DNA from: Nitrosopumilus sp.
Lineage (GTDB): Archaea; Thermoproteota; Nitrososphaeria; Nitrososphaerales; Nitrosopumilaceae
Assembly (NCBI GenBank): GCA_965218785.1
Contig: OZ244650.1
Coordinates: 1,408,001-1,472,000 of the forward strand
Direction: 5' to 3'
DNA: 64,000 bases
In this document: in pieces, positions 61,701-64,000 of the stretch
Layout of the letters: the number at the start of each line of letters is the position of its first letter
Position numbering within the stretch: position 1 is the first letter of the stretch
Notes under the pieces: model-generated
Databases searched by the model: none
What the model was told of the DNA's origin: nothing
What the model saw: the letters and a program-made list of their open reading frames with translations, nothing else
Made by a program: the position numbers and the translations under genes

Positions 61701-64000
61701 GTTGGGCAGTCCCAGACCCGGAGGTATAATGTGCCGTACCATCGTTTACGCCGGTCTCTAGGAGGAGTTGCAAGCTTCCAGTTACGGTGACAGGTTCGCT
61801 GAATCGTATTGTAATCGGGACTGTATCACCATTTTCGTATGATCCGGCAGGTGCGGATACCTGGATCACCTCGGGGACGCTAGATACGCTGTTTGTCACT
61901 GCAAAGTCGTTAAATCCGGCAAGGGCTTTGCCTGCCATATCAGTGATGCCATTACCGGTATAAGTTACAGTTACTGTATCCCCTAGGACTATCGGACTGG
62001 TAAGAACTATTGTAATCACATTCCCGGATAATGTGGCATTAAATACGGCATTGTCAGCAGATACGCCAGATACCATATATTCTGCAGCAGTAGTTGATCC
62101 CCGCAGATCCTCTGTGGCAACCAGCCTTATTTGCGTGGAGGATGCTGTCATCGCCGATTGTATTGCAGGTACTCTGCCCTCCACTGTGACGGTGTATATG
62201 TTTGAGATCTCGTTGCCGTTGTTGATATCGTTGTTTACCGCGTTTGCAGGGATTGACACAATGACTGTTCCGTCTCCGGTGGCAGTCACAGTAAACGTGT
62301 AAACGATGCCAAATCCTGCAAAGTTTGATGATTCAGGCGCGCCTCCGGATGCCGTTCCAGTAACTGAAATGTCTGACTGGTCAAATCCAGATATGGCCTC
62401 GTTGAATCGGACTGTGTACAGTATGTCATAGGTGGAGATGGTGTCACCGGAGGACGCAGTAGTAGAGGACAGGGTGGCGATGGGCGCACGTGTATCTATC
62501 ACCACATCATGGGTACCAAGCGAGGGGGCGCTATCGGTGTCAGGGAGTACAAGTGATGCCAGAACGGGGGGAATGCCGCCTGCAGCAGATACTGTGGAGC
62601 CGTCTTTTAGTAAAAGCGAGTTTGGGTCCATATAGTTGAGGTTGTTTGAGGCATGGCCTGCAAGAACCTCATACTCAAAGAGCAGTCTGGCAGTCCCAGA
62701 CCCGGAGGTATAATGTGCCGTACCATCGTCTACGCCGGTCTCTAGGAGGAGTTGCAAGCTTCCAATTACGATGACAGGTTCGGTGAATCGTATGGTAATC
62801 GGGACTATATCACCACTCCCATATGATCCAGCAGGTGCGGATACCTGGATCACCTCGGGGAAGCTAGATACGTTGTTTGTCACTGCAAGGCCATCAAATG
62901 GGGCAAGTGCCTTACCTGTCACATCAACCAAGTCATCACCCATATAGGATACTGTAACCACGTCGCTTTGGATTATCGGTGTAACCAGATGCAGTAAAAT
63001 CACTGCATCACCACGTATCTCAACGCTGTTCAGTGGGGACTCTGAGAATATGCCATCTGTGGCAAAATCCAGAATTGTTGCTGTTCCCCTGAGGGGTTCG
63101 GAGGACACAAGTTCTATAATGCGGGAATCTACAGTTGTTGCAGATAGTATGATTGGTGGCAGATTCACATTCACGGTGTATGTGTCAGATGCCGCGTTGT
63201 TGTTGTCTGCAGCATCTGCAGTCACGCCTTCAGGAATGGATATGTAGATGGTTCCATCAGTTACCGGTAGAATTTGAAATGTGTAAACTGACGGGCTCAC
63301 AGATGTAAAATCTACTATGAACGCAGGTCCCAAGACAGTTCCGCCAATTAAAATGTCGGATTGGGCAAATCCAATCACATCCTCGCTAAATGTGACAGTG
63401 TACAGTATCTGCATCTCCTCTACATCCATGCTGTTGGAAGGAACAGAACTGATTGTTATGGTGGGTGCCAGGGTATCTACAACGATGTTTGAGCCGCCAA
63501 GGGAGGCATCAGATGCAGTGGCAGGAAGCGTAAGGTTTGCGGCAGAACCGTCAGCCTCAGATGTTATGGCTCTATCCTCGGCAATAAAAGAATCCACATC
63601 AGGATAGTTCAGATCAGCCGAGTTATCCCCCGGCGTTACCACGTAATGAAGTAGCATTGTATCACCAGAGTGAGAGTTAAACAATGCGGTACCAGGGATA
63701 AAAGAGCCGGTATCAAGGAAGAGGTGCGGGGATTCTCCTGTTACGGTGACTGGTCTGTCAAATTGTATGCTGATTGGAACCGTATCACCTGCGCGGTGTG
63801 GTCCTAGAGGTGCAGATACTTTGAGTATAAAGGGACCATGTGAGGAGAGTTGGACTGCGGGATTTACCGTGGTATCGACAACGATGTTTGAGCCTCCAAG
63901 GGAGTCATCAGATGTAGTGGCAGGAAGCGTAAGGTTTGCGGCAGAACCGTCAGCCTCAGATGTTATGGCTCCATCCTCGGCAATAAAAGAATCCACATCA
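52729..64000 (-). CDS. Giant repetitive cell-surface protein (Ig-like repeats, NHL beta-propeller, S/T/D-rich repeats, poly-Gly), 5'-partial
   Basis: Open frame of more than 3755 aa running off the window end. Contains repeated 'TVTFSE.V.GF...DI.V.G' and 'LLLETG..DG.A.YTSGSGT' Ig-like units and six NHL repeats 'F..P.GI......ILVAD..N.RIQ.FD'. Confidence 0.88.
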   Translation of the reverse strand, partial: DVDSFIAEDGAITSEADGSAANLTLPATTSDDSLGGSNIVVDTTVNPAVQLSSHGPFILKVSAPLGPHRAGDTVPISIQFDRPVTVTGESPHLFLDTGSFIPGTALFNSHSGDTMLLHYVVTPGDNSADLNYPDVDSFIAEDRAITSEADGSAANLTLPATASDASLGGSNIVVDTLAPTITISSVPSNSMDVEEMQILYTVTFSEDVIGFAQSDILIGGTVLGPAFIVDFTSVSPSVYTFQILPVTDGTIYISIPEGVTADAADNNNAASDTYTVNVNLPPIILSATTVDSRIIELVSSEPLRGTATILDFATDGIFSESPLNSVEIRGDAVILLHLVTPIIQSDVVTVSYMGDDLVDVTGKALAPFDGLAVTNNVSSFPEVIQVSAPAGSYGSGDIVPITIRFTEPVIVIGSLQLLLETGVDDGTAHYTSGSGTARLLFEYEVLAGHASNNLNYMDPNSLLLKDGSTVSAAGGIPPVLASLVLPDTDSAPSLGTHDVVIDTRAPIATLSSTTASSGDTISTYDILYTVRFNEAISGFDQSDISVTGTASGGAPESSNFAGFGIVYTFTVTATGDGTVIVSIPANAVNNDINNGNEISNIYTVTVEGRVPAIQSAMTASSTQIRLVATEDLRGSTTAAEYMVSGVSADNAVFNATLSGNVITIVLTSPIVLGDTVTVTYTGNGITDMAGKALAGFNDFAVTNSVSSVPEVIQVSAPAGSYENGDTVPITIRFSEPVTVTGSLQLLLETGVNDGTAHYTSGSGTAQLLFEYAVSAGHVSNDLNYVDTDPLTLGSSSSTITSADDGTAASLILPDTSSSDSLGGSNVAVDASPPVILSVTGTAGTYSLSDRILITVHFDRPVVINGFPRLLLETGTTDNFNFAEYFSGSNSNTINFLYIVFDEHSSDRLNYIDKGSLVLSGGSIVSRSNVPASITLPATTSNDSLGGSNLVIDGVKPTITSIVATDATKILLTASDLLVGTIISPTADFTISTSPLSSTPVLSAHILDNTIILVPSTPILPGDTVSVSYQGLGITDVNMNFLDFFTMGATNAVSSSAGPTIVSVTAPPGAYNEGDTVPITVTFSEPVAVSGIPQLLLETGATDALVDYTSSPHTFQLLFNYVVGSDDNSLELNYKTTDSLSLNDGTIEASDDRRSADLTLPALSSPLSLGNYSVVIDTIAPMFQSANHAPFTLSITGGFVEITVDEPLIGVVDTSEFSVSDGVVISTSLLSDTFITFLVTPIITDNTHTVSYTGTGKLTDAAGNPLDSFSDRPITDSTSVSNTVPLVLFVDAADASYTAGKDVLITVTFSEPVDVSGTPQLLLETGINASMAGYTSGSGGVELLFTYTVSAGDSSNDLNYVNTDSLSGGAIASADDSTPANLRLPALASPDSLAGRSDVVIDSIIPEFNFAETVNANTVVITASEPLAGMLVLLDFGVSNNAVSNAVISGSTVILTVDMAITFGETLTVSYKGTTITDDVGNMLVPFDSRSVKNNVPNPLFPTVIITSDTPQNGITSSDTISYIATFNRVVTGFDVTDVTVSGTASGGVLAASNFATVTTGTTYTFDVAITSDGTISVSIPGNAATDAANNGNAASATYTVTVNSTAPIVILDANITDGRITNSDTVSYTATFNRVVTGFDVTDVTVSGTASGGLPEPSNFATVTTGTTYTFDVATTGDGTISVSIPGNAATDAAGNNNEASATYTVTVDTTPPIINSVSTDQDVNHILIVANEPLVGTPRPNQFRVDPVDSVILASLASTNIRLFVLEAISDDSQTLSYLGGDLTDVAGNSLAPFQDVPIVPTILDTMGPDAGLHIVGGRATGVPNTFITNSNPVSYTVTFTEVVTGFTASGIAVSGTASGGLHTVSNFAGIDRDYSFDVATASDGTVIVLIPEDAAEDAAGNGNMASATITVTVDTAPPTVKSIKTTSATTIAITAFDPLGGFARATDFTVSGNKVSDAAITGSIITLTVETTITSTDAPTVSYRGSSIHDGINNALATFTDMPVTNTLSAIPLTVTITATGTPNGGTQDTDTISYVVTFNKAVTDFAASDISISGTAAGGSPTVSNFVGSGIRYTFDVTTIFDGTVIVSIPKDMATDMEGNGNVASGVYTVTLNILVPIGTFVSSIGGATTAAGTADGEFNTPIGITMNSTHILVTDTENNRVQIFDTNGNHVSTIGSSSLFSSTADGEFNNPRGIVATPTSILVADALNNRVQIFDLDGTYQSKFGIDGTRNGHFNVPQGITVTSTHILVADSFNHRVQIFDINANHVRTIGIIRPSASSDDGLFNRPIGITTNSTHILVADAGNNRIQVFDPDGGFVGKFGSSGTGDGQFDNPRGITTTPTHILVTDTTNHRIQVFDFDGNYITKFGTRGSSEDQFNFPQEITTNSTHILVADAGNNRIQVFDSAPTVVITSSIPDGGTQNSDTVSYTATFSEAVTGFDAVSDISLSGTAIATVSAPVGSGTTYNFDATVTFKGTVMVSIPKLVAADTAGNRNLASGMYAVTVDIVNSAVAVSDTPVMTDAASLKFFITHTDTPAISDVITGMGSVATSDSPTITDAASLNIVITHTDTPAISDVITGMGSVATSDSPTITDAASLKFFITHTDTPAISDVITGMGSVATSDSPTITDTASLNIVITHTDTPAISDVITGMGSVAASDSPTITDTASLNIVITHTDTPAISDVITGMGSFAASDSPTITDTASLELRITAIDTPAISDESDMQTMGALTPSDSPTISDTASLELHITHTDTPALSDESDMQTMGALTPSDSPVISDTASLKFFITAIDTPAISDVITGMGSIETSDSPTISDTASLELHITAIDTPAISDESDMQTMGALTPSDSPTISDTASLELHITHTDTPAISDESDMQTMGALTPSDSPVISDTASLKFFITHTDTPAISDESDIQMINYISEKDSPVLADTASLELHITHTDTPAISDESDMQTMGTITVSDSPVLADTASLKFFITATDTPAISDESDMQTMGTITGSDSPVLADTASLELHITHTDTPAISDESDMQTMGTITGSDSPVLADTASIQISLALSDSPAISDTVSGMGAITVSDSPVLADTASIQISLALSDSPAISDTVSGMGTITGSDSPVLADTASIQISLALSDSPAISDTISGMGAITVSDSPALADTASLNIVYTAIPEIISARLSTDTITIIYNVPVTTVSTDYTLTLSDGSTPPEINSIASSTPPNTISLTLESEISAGITVTISVTGPTRTSDPSLVIPQGSLYPVTAEDNIILAGTDNRIAVTDPASTLATIRYQSTVDATLDYSSLLDEEAVSPAVTTNNQIVVTATGLRGGNVQVTIPATTSFSSSTFDGILILPTDTDSDTGCNSAAITSGAQASCIEIGQADSVINTDNPIRIQLGDQAGNVPWYSESGEAATQITTACTADDLTPVSEQLEGTGECFINTSSDLIIWTTHFTVFGSNLVSPPPVVVEPEPEPTPEPAPRRSGGGGGGGGGGGGGGGGGGGGGGGGGGGGGSDGTSRGSPYDLSFIFTSDGANALTGPSQITLESDTSLTIAPRILPIDIRQKILKMEIIISDHTTPELPAAALIQYMLIPNILTYDKCSGKEYQSDRLYACDSSSILSETQVYYTESGDQTTKRFDSIVIPFEEEFSGSLTMFLQDNRGIILSSHGDKTYGITVTSGEDDKPEPADGMNPEPVEMDPEPVEMDPEPVEMDPESVPMNPELTPMNPEPVEMDPESIRKDPEPADDRNVFEKIVDWFQSLFGL
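52790..52955 (-). repeat. 21-bp tandem repeats encoding (M[D/N]PEPVE)n
   Basis: GGTTCTGGATCCATTTCCACT and variants in tandem. Confidence 0.85.
53484..53570 (-). repeat. Poly-glycine tract (GGN codon run)
   Basis: A (CCN)n run on the + strand encodes roughly 29 consecutive Gly. Confidence 0.9.
54525..56460 (-). repeat. Mosaic array of ~16-18-aa Ser/Thr/Asp-rich units
   Basis: Recurrent 'SDSP[T/V/A][I/L][S/T/A]DTAS' and 'TDTPAISD' units with near-identical DNA. Confidence 0.9.
56780..57575 (-). repeat. Six NHL repeats (beta-propeller)
   Basis: Six 'G.F..P.GI.....HILV.D..N.R[IV]Q[IV]FD' units. Confidence 0.88.

Overview
This is an archaeal chromosome segment that looks like Nitrososphaerota (Thaumarchaeota, Nitrosopumilaceae-like). 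The assignment is inferred from TBP, class I LysRS, Elp3, CofG/CofH, a PAC2 chaperone, Tsr3 and a type II MetAP. Bases 1-35,000 are mostly housekeeping genes plus tRNA-Pro(TGG). They are interrupted by a 2.3-kb AT-rich cassette (6680-8974) carrying a HEPN-like/MNT-like pair, with 43-bp inverted repeats, a TTTGTA direct repeat on each side and no transposase. About 35,200-52,700 is an accessory/defence island. Its core is a complete DNA phosphorothioation locus (dndB-C-D-E-A). No dndFGH or pbeABCD is recognisable next to it. Instead it converges on an AT-rich MORC/GHKL ATPase plus SF2 helicase operon, with a divergent YwbE-Schlafen(AlbA_2) fusion plus PLD-like nuclease operon beyond. This is the best candidate for an undescribed system. 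The dndB promoter has three TGGAAGT repeats phased at exactly 21 bp. A ~40-bp palindrome family occurs four times, always just downstream of a gene and in the same orientation relative to it. The window ends inside a giant (>3755 aa) repetitive surface protein with Ig-like, NHL, Ser/Thr/Asp-rich and poly-Gly regions. All product calls come from motif recognition by eye; no database searches were run.
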